NCBI RefSeq assembly: GCF_006345805.1
Contig: NC_042999.1
Location: 63,426,001-63,490,000 of the forward strand
Direction of reading: 5' to 3'
DNA length: 64,000 bases
Origin: Octopus sinensis
Lineage: Eukaryota
Position numbers and translations under genes: made by a program. Shown one piece after another: positions 24,504 to 38,932 of this stretch; position 1 is the first letter of the stretch, and every line of letters begins with the position of its first letter. Under the pieces are notes generated by a model. It had not been told where the DNA came from and did not search any database. It was given only the letters and a program-made list of their open reading frames with translations.

Positions 24504-25364
24504 TTTTTGAGGAATAAATTTAACTGTAGGCAGTAAAATATACTATTGTAAACAGGAGTAAAGAGAAGCTAGAAGACATATAAAAGATAGAAGAGACTAT
24601 AAAGAGAAGGTAAAGAATATAATAACAGGGTGTATGTTCCTACCTTGAATGAATCACTCAAGAATGAACCTGTTTCTTTGATTTATTTAACTTTTCAAAA
24701 TGAGCACTATAGTACATTGAGCAACAAATTCATAAATTTCAGTCAGTATTTTTCTTTCTTCATGAAATTTCTTTTGTTTTAAAAGTGAGATAATTTCTAT
24801 CATTTAAATCATGTTATATTTTCTGCAATTCAGACAGTATCAGGATAATAGTAATTACAAAGAAATGGAACAAATGGGTCACCTTTGCAGACTGTCACCT
24901 TGGCTTCAACTATTCAAATGTTTTAATACAGATAATTTCATTTAAAATTTGAAAAAATAATTATATGAGTCAAATAACATTTGTTATTGTAGAACTGAAA
25001 TAAATAAATAATCTTAGATGGTCAAATAAGAAATGCTAATGTCATTTTTTACAAAAAAAAAAAAAAGAAGAAAGAGAGACTTGTCAGAACTGGTAGTGGT
25101 TTTATCATTTATTCCCAGTAGTGTCAAGAAGCTGCCAACACTTTTTTCTGCAAATTAGGGGTAGTTTATCCTGTTCCGGCTATATTATTAGCATTATCCT
25201 GCATTTGAGAATTTAAAATCACTTCTTTAACTTTTTAAATAAATACTGTATCTATGGAAAAAAGGTTTTTTGAGTTTCTTTCTTGATAATAATCGTTTCT
25301 ACTCTAGGCACAAGGCGTGAGATTTATGGGGATGAGGCTAGTTGAGTACATCAGCTCTAGTTCT

Positions 25365-25504
25365 CAACTGGTACTTATTTATCAAACCTGAAAGGATGAA
25401 AGATAAAGTCAACCTTGATAGAATTTTAACTCAGAACATAAAGATGGACGAAATGCCACTAAGCATTTTACCTAGCATGCTAATGATTCTGCCAGCTCGC
25501 CACC
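25365..25504 (-). mobile_element. SINE family B, older partial copy, head-to-head with 25525 copy
   Basis: Reverse complement of the family B head and core. Confidence 0.7.
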
Positions 25505-25524
25505 TATAATAATGATGATAATAA

Positions 25525-25742
25525 AGGCGGCGAGCTGGCAGAAACGTTAGCGCCCCAGGCAAAATGCTTAGCGGTATTTCGTCTGACGTTACGTTCTGAG
25601 TTCAAATTCCGCCGAGGTAGACTTTCGGGGTCGATAAATAAAGTACTAGTTTCACACTGGGGTCGATGTAATCGACTTAATCCATTTGTCTGTCCTTGTT
25701 TGTCCCCTCTATATTTAGCCCCTTGTGGGTAGTAAAGAAATA
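25525..25742 (+). mobile_element. SINE family B
   Basis: Near-identical to the 12111-12342 copy. Confidence 0.85.
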
Positions 25743-28280
25743 TATAATAATGATGATGATGATAAATAATAATAATGATAATGGTAGTCTCTCAAGTTCA
25801 AGAAATTCGCTTCTGAATTTACTGAACAACCAGCACAGATAATTTGTTTATAGTGATCAAATGTTTGTATTGCACATTAGTTCAATCTGTTGGTGGTTAT
25901 TATCTGAGTAAAATCTGTTATAGATGTGTTGCTTTAAAAACACAATATATATTGGAGGGAGATGAAAAAAATCTCTGCAGTGGGTAGAAAGAACACCAGA
26001 TGCAATTTGGCTTTATTGGTCCTTGATAATGACTCAACAGCAGCCATATGCTTGAATGAAATCTGTCACCAGCTACACATAAGAGACAGCGAGTAATATA
26101 TTCAGTGATACTGCAAATAGCCACTGGTCTGAATAAAAATACAGCACATCTATAACAGATTTTATCTTGAACAAAAATCGCCTCCTCTTACCTGTCAACC
26201 ATGTGTACACAAATATTAAACATAGATGGCTATTTTAATTAAATTTTACTTCAGTTGCATACACTGGGTTTTGTATTCAGCTCGTTGGTATTTACACCAG
26301 TGAAAGTAGAAATTATTGTTTCCAGTATATCTGAAGTGAAAGATTTCATTTAGAGGTATAGCTGCAAAAATACATCATTGACAAGACCTAAAGAGGCTGA
26401 AATGTAGCTGTATTTTTAATATAATGTGTTTGTAAGAGATGTTATCTTAGATGAAAACCACAGTGTCTTGCTTGTTAATGGTATATATATATATATATAT
26501 ATACATTATGTTTGATACAACATTATATATATAATACATACATATGTACATACATACATACATACATACATACATACATACATACATTTTTTTTTTGTCT
26601 TAAGGCTGTGTCATGCGCGGGGACATAGAAATAATCGGACTGAATAGCCGATCGCGTGGTTAAACTATTGGGAGTGAAGGACTCCTAGCCTTTGTTACGA
26701 CATCCTTCTAGGAGAAGATAACTCAGGTAACTGGGATAACTCTGACATAAAACCTGCGGCTCAGTGGTTACCGATGATGTTGACTTGTTCTTCTTTTTGG
26801 ATTATGGCTGCTGTTGCTTAGTGAGTGGGGTTGACTTAGTGCACAATCTTTCCTCACTTAAAAAAAAATCTTCTTGCACAGGCATTGCACGTTAACAACA
26901 TTGATTGATTGATTGATTAAATTGATTAACTTATTCATGATTGTTGATGGCGCTGTGAGTCTCAACTGAATGGCTGGCTGTAGCCTTAAAAAGCAAAAAA
27001 TCAATGATGTACCAAAACGTATGTACATACATACACACACACACACATAAACAAGGCAGTGCTAACGTGCAGTTGAGTAAAAGCAATCAGAACACCTGTC
27101 TTTGGCTGAGAAATGGGAATTTGAAATCATACAAAAACATATTGACATTTACAAGAATATTAGTATTTAAGTTGCATCTATCCAAGTTGACAGAGAACCA
27201 CCATAATGAATGAAAGCTTGACCAGGTGTATTTCAATGATTGTCCTAGCACTATATGTTCCTTGACCACAAACACTTGACATTCAATGGCTGACATTTTG
27301 CTGCCAGCAAGTACCTTAAGTAAGTACGGCTTGCTGTATGTAATAATCTTTGAGGATAAGCTGTCCTCATGAAACCCCTCATGGTCAACAAGTCTGCAAG
27401 TGAAACAGCCAGATCCAAGGAAACTAAAGATGGTCTAGGTAGGCAAATAGTAAACACAAAATGTTCACCAAGTGGAATAAATTATTTTGCATGAAGAAAA
27501 TATGAAGTTGTTTAATGTTTAGACTATAATTCTTCATTAAGGCTCTGTCTGAAATGATAAACTTGTGAAATAATTTATGGCATTTGAAGGTTGCAAGGTA
27601 GACTGTTGTAGTCTGTAGTCCTCCGAAATGCAGCTCAGAAATCAGAACTGGTTTTAAAAAAATGGTATTCAGTGAAGGAGGAGCAGTGTCCATGATCTTT
27701 TCAGTCTGTCCAAGATCAGTGAAGCTTATGCTTAGCCTGAAGATCTGAAGATCATCATCATCATTATCATCACTTAATGTCTACTCTCTATGCTGGTATG
27801 GTTTAAACAGTTTGACTGGAATAGATAAGCTGGACAGCCGCACCAGGTTCCAGTTTGATTTGGCATGGTTTCTATGGTTGAATGCCCTTCATAACACCAA
27901 CTACTTCAGGAGTGTAATAGGTGATTTTACATGCCACCGGCATGAGTGCCATTTACATGACACCGGCGACAACCATGACTACAATTCATGGGTGCCATTT
28001 GCATGGCTTCTGGCAACGAACACGATTATAATGCATGGGTGCCAGTCATTGGATATTCTCTCTCAGTATCTGCTGGTCAGCTATTGTAGGGAAAACTCAC
28101 TCAGAGAGTAAAGTACGAATCTGGTCAAAATGTTAGTAACAGAGTAAGCTTTGGAACAGTTATTTAAGGACAAGGTAGCACTCAAAGTTTGACTGAATAG
28201 TGTGTTTAGTTATATTAATTTTAAAAAAACCCAACTAAACTATCCTGCTATTATACAAGTCAATACAAAACAAAAATATT

Positions 28281-28682
28281 AGGCAAGAGTGGTTGTGTGG
28301 TAAGTAGCTTGCTTACAAACCACATGGTTCCAGGTTCAGTCCCCACTGCATGGAATCTTGGGAAAGTGTTTTCTACTATAGCCTCGGGCCGACCAAAGCC
28401 TTGTGAATGGATTTGGTAGACGGAAACTGAAAGAAGCCCGTCGTATATATGAATATATATATACGTGTGTGTGTATGTTTGTATGTCTGTGTTTGTCCCC
28501 CTAGCATTGCTTGACAACCGATGCTGGTGTGTTTATGCCCCTGTAACTTAGTGGTTCGGCAAAAGAGACCGATAGAGTAAGTACTGAGCTTACAAAGGAT
28601 AAGTCCCGGGGTCGATTCACTCGACTAAACACGGTGCCCCAGCATGGCCGCAATCAAATGACTGAAACAAATAAAAGAGTAA
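28281..28682 (+). mobile_element. SINE family A (CORE-like)
   Basis: Full-length match to the other family A copies. Confidence 0.85.
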
Positions 28683-29661
28683 ATACAATAAATAAATTAA
28701 TTAATAAAAAACCAAATTAAAAGAAAACAACTGATATTCAGTATAAAAATGTTATTTAATTATAAACAACAATACAATGAGGTTTTTTAATTACATATAT
28801 ATATAAATGTAAGATATATTGGTAGTAAATATTCAAGGAGAAATTGTTACAATAGAGTCGTCAGCCAATTTGCTGAATGTCTCTTAAAGTCTTTGTAGAG
28901 GGTTTTGTAAACACACAAGTATACACACACACAGACAAACACATAGATATATAAATAATTACATATATATATATGTGTATGTATGTATATATGTATATAT
29001 ATATATATACACACACATATATGTATTTATATATGTATGTGCATGTGTGTGTAGCTATGCATATATATATATACGCATACACATGTATATGCATGTATAT
29101 ATATATATCTATATATATATATATATATTATATATATATATATAGTCCATACATATTTGTGTATATGTTTGTATGTATGTATGTATGTGTGTGTGTGTGC
29201 ATGTATGTGTGTGTGTGTATATATGTATGTATGTATGTATGTATATTGGATATGGTGTGGCAGTCTGGTCATACGTGTCATCAGCGTATGAGACTGTCTG
29301 TAGGTTTTCCGAAGAGTTGTGGAAAGGTTGAGCAAATATAAGTTGAAAGGAGTAGGTGAGAGAATGAATCCCTGTTATACTCCCTTTGGGAAATTGTAAG
29401 TTCTGGAAGTGCTGTTCTTGGGAGGTTCAGGTGTGTGTGTGTGTTTCCTTTTATTAATGTAGTTTATTTGATTTCCAATTTGATTGCTTATTTGCTTATT
29501 CATTTTTTTATATTTTATTTTTAGTTTTTTAGTTGTTGTTTTTTTTTTTACAATTTTCAAATCTGTAGCAATGATAACCGACACATGTTAGTTGAAAGTG
29601 ATTATGAAGTTAAAAGGAATGTTTATCACTGCCCATATATAAATGTATGTGTGTGTTCATT

Positions 29662-29714
<53 letters not shown>

Positions 29715-29715
29715 A

Positions 29716-29944
29716 TTAACCCTTGTACAATTTAAGCCCACACAAAAGGCTTACAAACTTCTGTAAGTCAATGAATTTTTCTTCGCCGGCTGCAGCCTTC
29801 AGAAACATTTCAATCTCAGTTTCTTTGAGCGGTCGGCCTGAGGGAGTGTTCATGGTTTTCATAGCTTCCCAAGCTGCATCAATTTGGATATGTCCTTTCT
29901 CATCCTTTTCAAGTTTTTCAAACAGAGTTAACATGTCTTGAGCA
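29716..29944 (-). CDS. Terminal exon of calmodulin-like EF-hand protein
   Basis: tatttatttag acceptor, phase 2; (H)AQDMLTLFEKLEKDEKGHIQIDAAWEAMK...EIEMFLKAAAGEEKFIDLQKFVSLLCGLKLYKG*. Confidence 0.85.
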
Positions 29945-32127
29945 CTAAATAAATATAAAGAAAGAAAGAGACATGGTGAGGCGGGGGAAAACATTAATAA
30001 TTTTAATAAAAAGACAGGGAGATAATCATTAGACACATCAAAGTCTTAGTAAATAGTTTAAATACACGGGTCCGGTATTTATGTGGTTTCGAACCTCAGA
30101 AACAAATTACAACTGTGCCCTTTTGTGTTTGTTGTTGTTGCTGTGTTTTTGCTGAGCAGGATAGTTCTGACTAGCAGACCTACGAACAAAGGCAGGAATT
30201 CCGACTATGACTATTCCAACTTTTCTTGGGCACCGCATGTTCAGCCCTCTCTATTTAAGATGGTAAGGTGTGGTTTGACTACTATTTCGAGGAATTCATT
30301 GAATACATCTTTCGTTTGCAAAGCTGCCTATGGTATTGGAAGAGGCACTTCTTTGAATCGACTTATAAAAACAGCTGTTGATATTTCATTCCATTAACAA
30401 GTTTCAGTCTATCAATAAGTTACCACGACATACTGAAGTTCATCAAACCCAGTTAAATACTTTCATCTGGACCTTGAATATCTGTAGTAGCGCCCATTCT
30501 TTCGCAAACATTTAACCCATTTCTCTTGTTTGTGAATAACCCATGAGGTATAGTTTCTTCCTTCTGCCTTCTTCCAACCAACTATGAAAGCCCTACATAA
30601 TCATAGATACTCCTCTCTATCTCTTCTGATTAACTTCTTTTAAAAAAAGAAAAAATGTTATCTGATTTCAGTTAACATTTGTATAATTTATGAACGTCCT
30701 TCGTATCTGAGGGCGAATGGAAAACCTATTCTTTAAGTTTTTTAGCATCTCAGAATATAAAATGACGGAACTATATCACTGTTTCTAATGTAGGTACAAG
30801 GCCGGAAACTTTTTTAAGGAGGAGAAGTTAGACAAATAAATCTACCTCTAAAACTCGACCACGGACAGATGAAAGGTAGAGTTTATCTCGGTGGAATTTC
30901 ATTTGAGTAAAGTTTGGCTTTTTACCTGCCATTGTAAGGTGTTTAATATCCAGGTATGCTCTAAAAATTGCCTCCCTTGGCTATAAATTGTTCAAGAGTT
31001 GTATCCCCTTTGGTTTCGTTTTACAAAACATCTAGCATCTCTACTTTAAATAGTAACATCTATTTTAAATAGCTTGTCAGCATGCAAAAATTATGTTGGT
31101 TTCTCTTGAGCTAAAGTTAGGAATGTCTAAGAAATGTTCTATTTATATTCTAAAGTCAACGTTGTTGGTCCCTCAAAATTAGTAGAAGCTGTCGAAGTTG
31201 TCTAGAATTTGTCAGAGAAATGATAACAAAAATAAATTTGTCCGCCAGAAATAGTTCAAAGGCGTTTAGTGTTTGACAGAAGTATGTGGTTCTGGAATTT
31301 TAAACGCAAACCGAAAGGTGAAAAAAAGACGATAATGTTGTTGAACGCTGTACAAAAATAACTTTCTGACAAATTACACTATATCTGTCAGTCTTTCAAA
31401 TACCGTAACTTTATGTCTGGCTCCTGTGAATATTAAAGAACTAGTTACAAAACATGACTAGCGCTTGTGTGTAGTAAGGAATTAACATTCTTTCTTATTT
31501 TACGAATACATCTAATAATAATCGAGATCATACGTTATCTACGTTCTCTTTCTTCATTTCTATATATTTCCTTATGACACAATTGTCCTTCTTAAAGTAA
31601 TAAACTGTACATCATCGTTACTCAGAAATTCTCAACACTGCTGGCGGTTGTCTTATCAAAGAGTTGCCATTAGCTTCGGATCATATCAAGAGATATCAAC
31701 TGAGCGAATGTTATCGATAAAACTCAACGAGTGATATCTCTCACTATTCATCATATCTATCTATGGTTCTAAGCTAAAATTGTTGACAGAAAAGTCGACG
31801 TTATCAGGGAAAATCTCGATAACTAAGATCTTAACTTCGATAAATCAGATTGCATTTATGTTACATTACACAAATTGTGCGTGAGAACTTTGAAGAAACT
31901 ATCAATGTCTCACAGATATAATTTCTAACACCGGTACAAGGCCATAAGTTTTGGAAAGATGCAGAAGTTGACTGGTACGTTATTTGATCGACTCCTGAAA
32001 GGGTAAAAGTCGTAGTCAAATTCAGCGGGGTTTGAACTAGGAATGTAAAGGACTGTAACAAAATACTGCAAGGTATTTTGTCCGATGCTTTAACGATTCT
32101 CAGTTACAATGGACGAGGCGAGTATAA

Positions 32128-32522
32128 TACTCTCATTTCTTTTATTAGTTTCAGTCATTTGACTGTGGCCATGCTGGAGCACCGCCTTTGGCCGAACAAA
32201 TCGACCCCAGGACTTATTCTTTGTAAGCCTAGTACTTATTATATCTATCTCTTTTGCCGAACTTATAAGTTACGGGGACATAAACACACCAACATCGGTT
32301 GTCAAGCGATGGTGGGGGAACAAACACAGACACACACACACGCACACACAAACACATATGACCGGCTTCTTTCAGTTTCCGTCTACTAAATCCACTCACA
32401 AGGCTTTGGTCGGCCCGAGGCTATAGTAGAGACACTTGCCCAAGGTGCCACGCAGTGGGACTGAACCCGGAATCATATGGCTGGTAAGCAAGCTACTTAC
32501 CACACAGCCACTCCTGCGCCTA
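32128..32522 (-). mobile_element. SINE family A (CORE-like)
   Basis: Reverse complement full-length copy. Confidence 0.85.
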
Positions 32523-32715
32523 CATGTAGAAAATGTTACAGAATAAGAAGATACTACATTCCCGGTATTGTATAAGACATCTGTTATAGTATACCAATAT
32601 TCAATCGATTTCTCTTTTCTCCCAAAATAAATTTCGATGGCTGTCACCAAAATATTTTTTCCTAGTTCTAAATACAATAATTTCAACTTTTAAAATATTC
32701 TTTTTTTTTTCATAT

Positions 32716-32952
32716 AGGCGTAGGAGTGGATGTGTGGTAAGTATATGTTTGTGTGTCTGCGTTTGTACCCACCAACATCGCTTGATAACCGATGCTGGTG
32801 TGTTTACGTTTCCGTAAATTAGCGGTTCGGCAAAAGAAACCGATACAATAAGTACTAGGCTTCCAAAGACTAAGTCCTGGGGGTCGATTTGCTCGACTAA
32901 AGGCGGTGCTCCAGCATAGCCACAGTCAAATGACTGAAACAAGTAAAAGAGT
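32716..32952 (+). mobile_element. SINE family A, internally deleted
   Basis: Head joined directly to the 3' half. Confidence 0.75.
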
Positions 32953-33175
32953 ATTCATTTTATATTCACCACAGCATATGCATGCATGCGTACATACACA
33001 GACAGACAGACAGACAGACCGATAGATAGATAGATACACGCACACGTATGTACATAACATATATATATACATAGAAACCCACGTCTCGTTCTCACTCTCT
33101 TCCCTCCTCTCTCTCTCTCTATGCAAGGTTAAAAGGACCTATTTACGACCAATGGAGTATCATATATATTCGGTT

Positions 33176-33401
33176 TGGCTGGGCGAATCGTTAGCACGCC
33201 GGGCGAAATGTGTAGCCATATTTCGTCTGTCGTTACGTTCTGAGTTAAAATTCTGCCGAGGTCGACTTTGCCTTTCATCCTTTCGGAGTCGATAAATTAA
33301 GTACCAGTTACGCACTGGGGTCGATGTAATCGACTTAATCCCTCTTTCTGTCCTTGTTTGTCCCCTTTGTGTTTAGCCCCTTGTGGGTAGTAAAGAAATA
33401 T
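33176..33401 (+). mobile_element. SINE family B
   Basis: Match to the other family B copies. Confidence 0.85.
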
Positions 33402-33699
33402 ATATATTCGGTCGTCTCAACATGACGAGCTAGGTTCGTGCATGAAGCCGAATTAAATAATGATATACGTAACTCCTAGAAAATCAAATTGCCGAGTACC
33501 TAATCATATAAAAATCGATTGGTTTATCAGATGAAACAAGAGTGTTTAGAATTTAACTGTTTTCTAATATTTCGCACGTAACTTGAAAAACTAAAATTGA
33601 AGTTTCGATGAAACTTTGACTCAACTTCTAAATCATTGCATCCATCATCTATTTTCTTCGCCCACTATTCCTGAGAAGGTTGTGAGAGTAGAATCCTCA

Positions 33700-34080
33700 A
33701 ATACTTCCTCCATAAAATAATATTTGAAGCTATCATCATTATATTTTCCACCTCGATTCCCAAGCACGACCAACAGAGACTGGACTTTACCCAACCATCT
33801 TGTTCTTGGCTTGCCCATAGATCTCCTGCTGGTTAGCTTTGCATGAAGAGTGCATCTTGCAATTCTTTCCTGCAACATTCTAATCACACGTCGGTAGTAC
33901 TGGAGCTGTGACTTCTCAATGCGGAGAAGTAGCGGTTCGACCTGTAGTGATTTCTTGATCTCTTAGCTACGTTAAGAGAACTAACAGGATGCTATCAACC
34001 CATCAGCGTCAGTGTTACTCGGCTTATAAGAAAGCGAGTTCTTTGCTGCTCTCAGTACACGCAGTTCACAGCTGTTAGCA
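33700..34080 (-). mobile_element. RTE-clade LINE ORF2 C-terminal fragment
   Basis: IKKSLQVEPLLLRIEKSQLQYYRRVIRMLQERIAR...RRSMGKPRTRW. Confidence 0.7.
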
Positions 34081-34179
34081 ATGAGATAATTGTATGATTA
34101 ACAAGGGCTTCACTAACTTGAGATGCAGAACTAAATCTATTTTTATGTCTGGAAAAAGCGATAGGACCCCACTCTCTCT

Positions 34180-34217
<38 letters not shown>

Positions 34218-34894
34218 CTATCTCTCTCTCACTCACTCATTCACTGCAAGGTTATAAGTATTTATCTACGATCTGTGAAGTCTCTTATTTCATATAGGAA
34301 TTTTGAGAACAAATTCTCTAGATCAGGCATGGGCAAGCTTTTTCGAGAAGCAGGCCACAAGGATGGTGGAGTGCGGGGTGGTCAAATGCAAAGCAGTAGT
34401 ATAATAAATCATTCAGGACTCAAGTTCTATGTTGCTTCGTTCTTCATAGGAGAACTCGCTTGCAAGTCGTAGCAGCACGAAACTTCATCTTTTTATACCT
34501 TGAGAGTATACTTCGACATTTCATCACTACCATTTCTCCCCTTTCTTCACAGCAGGCGCAGCTATGTATCTCCTCAATAGCGAGACGAGCGACTATATCG
34601 AGGTTTTTCATGAAATGCACCTATTGTTTATAGAACTATGAGTAAATAAGGAAGTTGTATTATCATTAGGTATGTTAGCACACTTAACTCAAGCCTATGC
34701 ATCAAGTAGTTTTCTTCTATTATCTCAAAGAACGTAAAGAATGGCAAAAAAACTTTCTGCAAATGTGAAGCAGAAAGTGACGGTGACCTTTTCATTTCCC
34801 TCGTCTGCTGGCACTAGCAAAAATCTCTTCAACAAATCCCAAAACGAGATGTAACAAAATAATACTGATTGTCTATGTTGTCTTCTTGTATTAC

Positions 34895-35098
34895 TGTTGG
34901 CAGAATCGTTAGAACGCCGGGCAAAATGCTTAGTGGTATTTCGTCTGTCTGTACGCGCTGAGATCAAATTCCACCGAAGTCGACTTTGCATTTTATCCTT
35001 TCGGGGTCGATAAATTAAGTAACAATGAAACACTGGGGTTGATGCAATCAACTGGTCCCCTCCCACAAAATTTCAGGCCTTGTGCCTTTAGTAGAAAG
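34895..35098 (+). mobile_element. SINE family B, variant tail
   Basis: Head and core match family B; tail ends ggccttgtgcctttagtagaaag. Confidence 0.75.
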
Positions 35099-35112
35099 TA
35101 TTATTATTATTA

Positions 35113-35362
35113 TTTTTTTTTTTTTCTCCTTCTTTCTTCAAATTTTCTTCCGTTTCTCGCCGGGTGTTTTCTGTACACCTAGGGCAGAGAAGCTCATTGT
35201 ATGCATTCCCAGATTACACACGCAAATTCACAGGTAAAATATGTATTTAAAAAATAAATAAATAAATAAATAAACAAATTCATGAATGGATGTTGTTTTC
35301 ACAGCGATAATGCTCTTCTTAGTACATGAGCCGTTCCAGTTAACACGACTTTTTGCACGATT
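35113..35362 (-). mobile_element. R4/Dong-clade LINE extreme 3' end
   Basis: IVQKVVLTGTAHVLRRALSL* (compare VQKIVLTGTSHVLRRALSM* at 20400) plus homologous 3' UTR; flanked by (TAA)n. Confidence 0.8.
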
Positions 35363-35363
35363 A

Positions 35364-35428
<65 letters not shown>

Positions 35429-35593
35429 ATTAGCAGCATCTCCGGCTTTACCTTCTAAGTTCATATTCCGCCGAAGTCGACTTTGCCTTCCATCCTTTCG
35501 GGGTCGATAAAATAAGTACCAGTAGAAAAGTGGAGTCAATTTAATCCCCCAATCCTGCTGGCCTTGTGCCAAAATTTGAAATCATCATCATCA

Positions 35594-35670
<77 letters not shown>

Positions 35671-36651
35671 TATCTGATACTGAGACAAAATACCAATTTT
35701 TCTTCCACGTATTTAAAAATCAATTTGTTATTACTGTAACGATGACCAAATATTTGGAACTCTCATACACTTACATGATAGCAAATATTTCCTTATTTCT
35801 ATATGCATGCATGAATAACATTTAGCATTTAGGATTTATAACTGCCATATGTTTACGACTGTATATGAATGAATAATTTTCGAATGCTTGCTACAGAATG
35901 AAGTCCGCTAAAGGCACCCATCCAAGGACGGTGGTGTTAAATCGGGCGACGTATAAAGTCAACTGTACAAAACAGCGTAAAAAGCCAGAACTAATATCGA
36001 AAGGCAGTTTAATAATTCTGCTTATCCATGGCACGAAAGGCGTTGAATGAAGAGTAAAAATAGCCTGAATAAATTCTCTCGCAAGTTAATGAATCTAACG
36101 AGACATATCCTTCATTTACAGCTGTTATACACTTCCGATGAGAAGCAACTGTCATAACTCGTTTCATGGATGAAAAAAGAGAACTCTCACAGAGTTCACT
36201 TTAAAGAGAAGAGAAGCAAATGTTTTCTTGGTCTTGAAGATAACAAACGAATAGCGATTTATTAAGTTGGAAACGTAATGGGAGTTTGAGATTTCAAAGA
36301 AGAACACTTCTAGCAAAAGATAGTGGTAGGCTTTGCTGTCAAAGCCTAACAAAATTGATGGAAATTTTGCAAATGAGGTTGTCTCTCTTTCACTTGTTCT
36401 TACTCTTTTTGATTTCATACGGCGGACTTTGCAAGGAAAGTAAAAACATTCCTGGTACACGTCACATGGACAGTAAAAGAATCGCTGACTCACTTCGTAC
36501 GGAATTAAAAAAAAAGATGTTTCAAAGTGCTAAAAATCACACGCTCGCGCGCCCACTCGCACGCACACACATACACATACATTATATAAATATATATATA
36601 TATATAGATATATATAAATATATAATATAAATATAAATATATAATATATAT

Positions 36652-36720
<69 letters not shown>

Positions 36721-36723
<3 letters not shown>

Positions 36724-37186
36724 AAGACAGAAAATGGAGAAATACTGAAGAACAACAATGACTACATCAATTATTATTTATTAATTCAGTACAATGAGAT
36801 TACATCTCATCTAACAGCTGTTTCTGCTTCCAATATTATATGGTATTGATATTGATATGCTAAAAACTATTAATCGTATTTGGTAATAAAACCGATCTGA
36901 AACATGGAGCTTCATCAGAGTGAAGAATAAATGAATAAATAAAAAAAATTTTAAATACAAAAAAGATGGGCCTAGAGAAGAAAAGGAAAGGCTGAATATG
37001 TTTATAATCATAACATTGCTTGTGTGTCTCTTTTTATTCATTTATTCTTCACTGTCAATACCATATAACATTGGAAGCAGAAGCAGCTTTTAGCAGGGAT
37101 ATAGTCTATTTGTATTGAATTAGTAAATAATAATTGATGTAAGTCAATTGTTGTTCTTCAATATTTCTCCATTTTCTTTCTTTCTT
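36721..37186. mobile_element. Long inverted-repeat (foldback/MITE-like) element
   Basis: ~130-bp arms at 36721-36852 and 37055-37186, diverged but clearly complementary. Confidence 0.65.
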
Positions 37187-37359
37187 TAAATTTAATTTAC
37201 TGATAAACTCATGCTTATCCTTGTCTTTACCTATAATTTATGAGCATAATATGCTTGCATATGTATGCCCATGGTTAAACATGGGAAAATATACCGGTAG
37301 TATAATGGATATTTTTTCCCTTAGACGGTCTTTTTCAACCTCTAACTCAACTAAGCTTA

Positions 37360-37366
37360 TATCATA

Positions 37367-37397
<31 letters not shown>

Positions 37398-37486
37398 CCA
37401 TCCCAACATACATACATACATATATATATATACATACATATACATATATACATATATATACGTACATATATACAATATATACAACA

Positions 37487-37533
<47 letters not shown>

Positions 37534-37792
37534 TATACATACATATATACATACATATATAACATATATACATACATACATATATACATACATATATACA
37601 TACATACATATATACATATATATATATATACATACATACATACATATATACATACATATATACATACATACATATATACATATATATATATATACATACA
37701 TACATATATATATATATGTATATATATATACACATACATACATACATACATACATACATACATACATACATACATACATACATACATACATA
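37360..37792. repeat. (TA)n/(TACA)n compound microsatellite
   Basis: Directly visible. Confidence 0.95.
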
Positions 37793-38142
37793 CGACTGGC
37801 TTCTACAATTTTACCATCATGAGTCCAACACTCTAACCACTAAATCATGTGCCTCCACAATTAGCATTTAAGTGGCTGAGTATTCCAAAATTACGTAGTC
37901 ACGTAGTCAACCTGACACAGTGTGAGTAAGGTCGGGTCTATATTTTACCGGTACAATCCATCCGACCTGTTTCCACATAGTTTCTGCCTTAATTCCACAC
38001 AGTTTCCATCTCACTAATTTCAGACATAAGATATAAATCGATCCGCGGCTATAGAAACGATACTTGCCCAATATGTCACGCAGCGGAATCGAAATCGAGA
38101 CCTCATGACTGCGCAGTGAACTTCTTAACGACAACAACAACA

Positions 38143-38600
38143 GTGGAAGCGCAATGGCTTAGTGGTTAGGGCAGCGGACTCGCAGTAGCAAGAACGCGGT
38201 TTCGATTCCCAGATCGGGCGTTGTGAGTGTTTATTGAGCAAAAACACCTAAGCTCCATGAGGCTTCGGCTGGAGCGGGGTGAACCCCGCTGTACTCTTTC
38301 ACCACAACTTTCTCTCACTCTTTCTTCCTACTTCTGCCACAAAGCAGAGGAACCATGGTGTAACCCACAATGGTGTGGTAAACTTTCGGACCCTAGTCTA
38401 GGATGGTTCAGCTCTCCACCCGTTAAAAAGGCACCGTTTACGGAATGAGGATAACAACGTAGCTTTCGCGCCCGTGCAACTGCCAGTCTATCGCATGTGG
38501 TGGGTGGATCTTCAAGATGCCACATGCATTCTTAGTAGCTTAGAGTAGGCTCGAATTAGAGATTATTCTTTGTGGCTAATGGCGTGAGTCCTGATTGGAG
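38143..38600 (+). mobile_element. Second copy of SINE-head/PLE chimera, 3'-truncated at (GAG)n(GAA)n
   Basis: 38341-38600 is the reverse complement of ~16775-17041, with the same SINE junction. Confidence 0.75.
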
Positions 38601-38728
38601 GAGGAGGAGGAGGAAGAAGAAGAAGAAGAAGAAGAAGAAGAAGAAGAAGAAGAAGAAGAAGAAGAAGAGACAACAACAATAACAAGGACAATAACAGTAT
38701 TGCAACAAATGGAAGCGGTCCTACTTAC

Positions 38729-38932
38729 TGGTTTCCGATCATAGTATAGAACTGGTGGAACTCCCATAAACTCAACTCGCCGTTATGATCTCTGTCGAAC
38801 ATTTCAAACATGCTTTCTGCTTGTTCGTCTTTCAGACCGAATTCGTCCAAAAACAATTTGATGGCATCTCCTTTGTTCAATCGACGTACCATCGTCTTTT
38901 GGTATTTATCAAAGATTGCTTGCACTTCAGGG
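38729..38932 (-). CDS. Internal exon of calmodulin-like EF-hand protein
   Basis: tcctttag acceptor, CA|GTAAGT donor, phase 2-2; PEVQAIFDKYQK...AESMFEMFDRDHNGELSLWEFHQFY with canonical EF loop DRDHNGELSLWE. Confidence 0.85.

Noticed and set aside
25900-27750. Possible minus-strand exons (for example 27315-27434) of a third gene
   Set aside because: More than one frame and both strands are open, with no recognisable homology or consistent exon chain.
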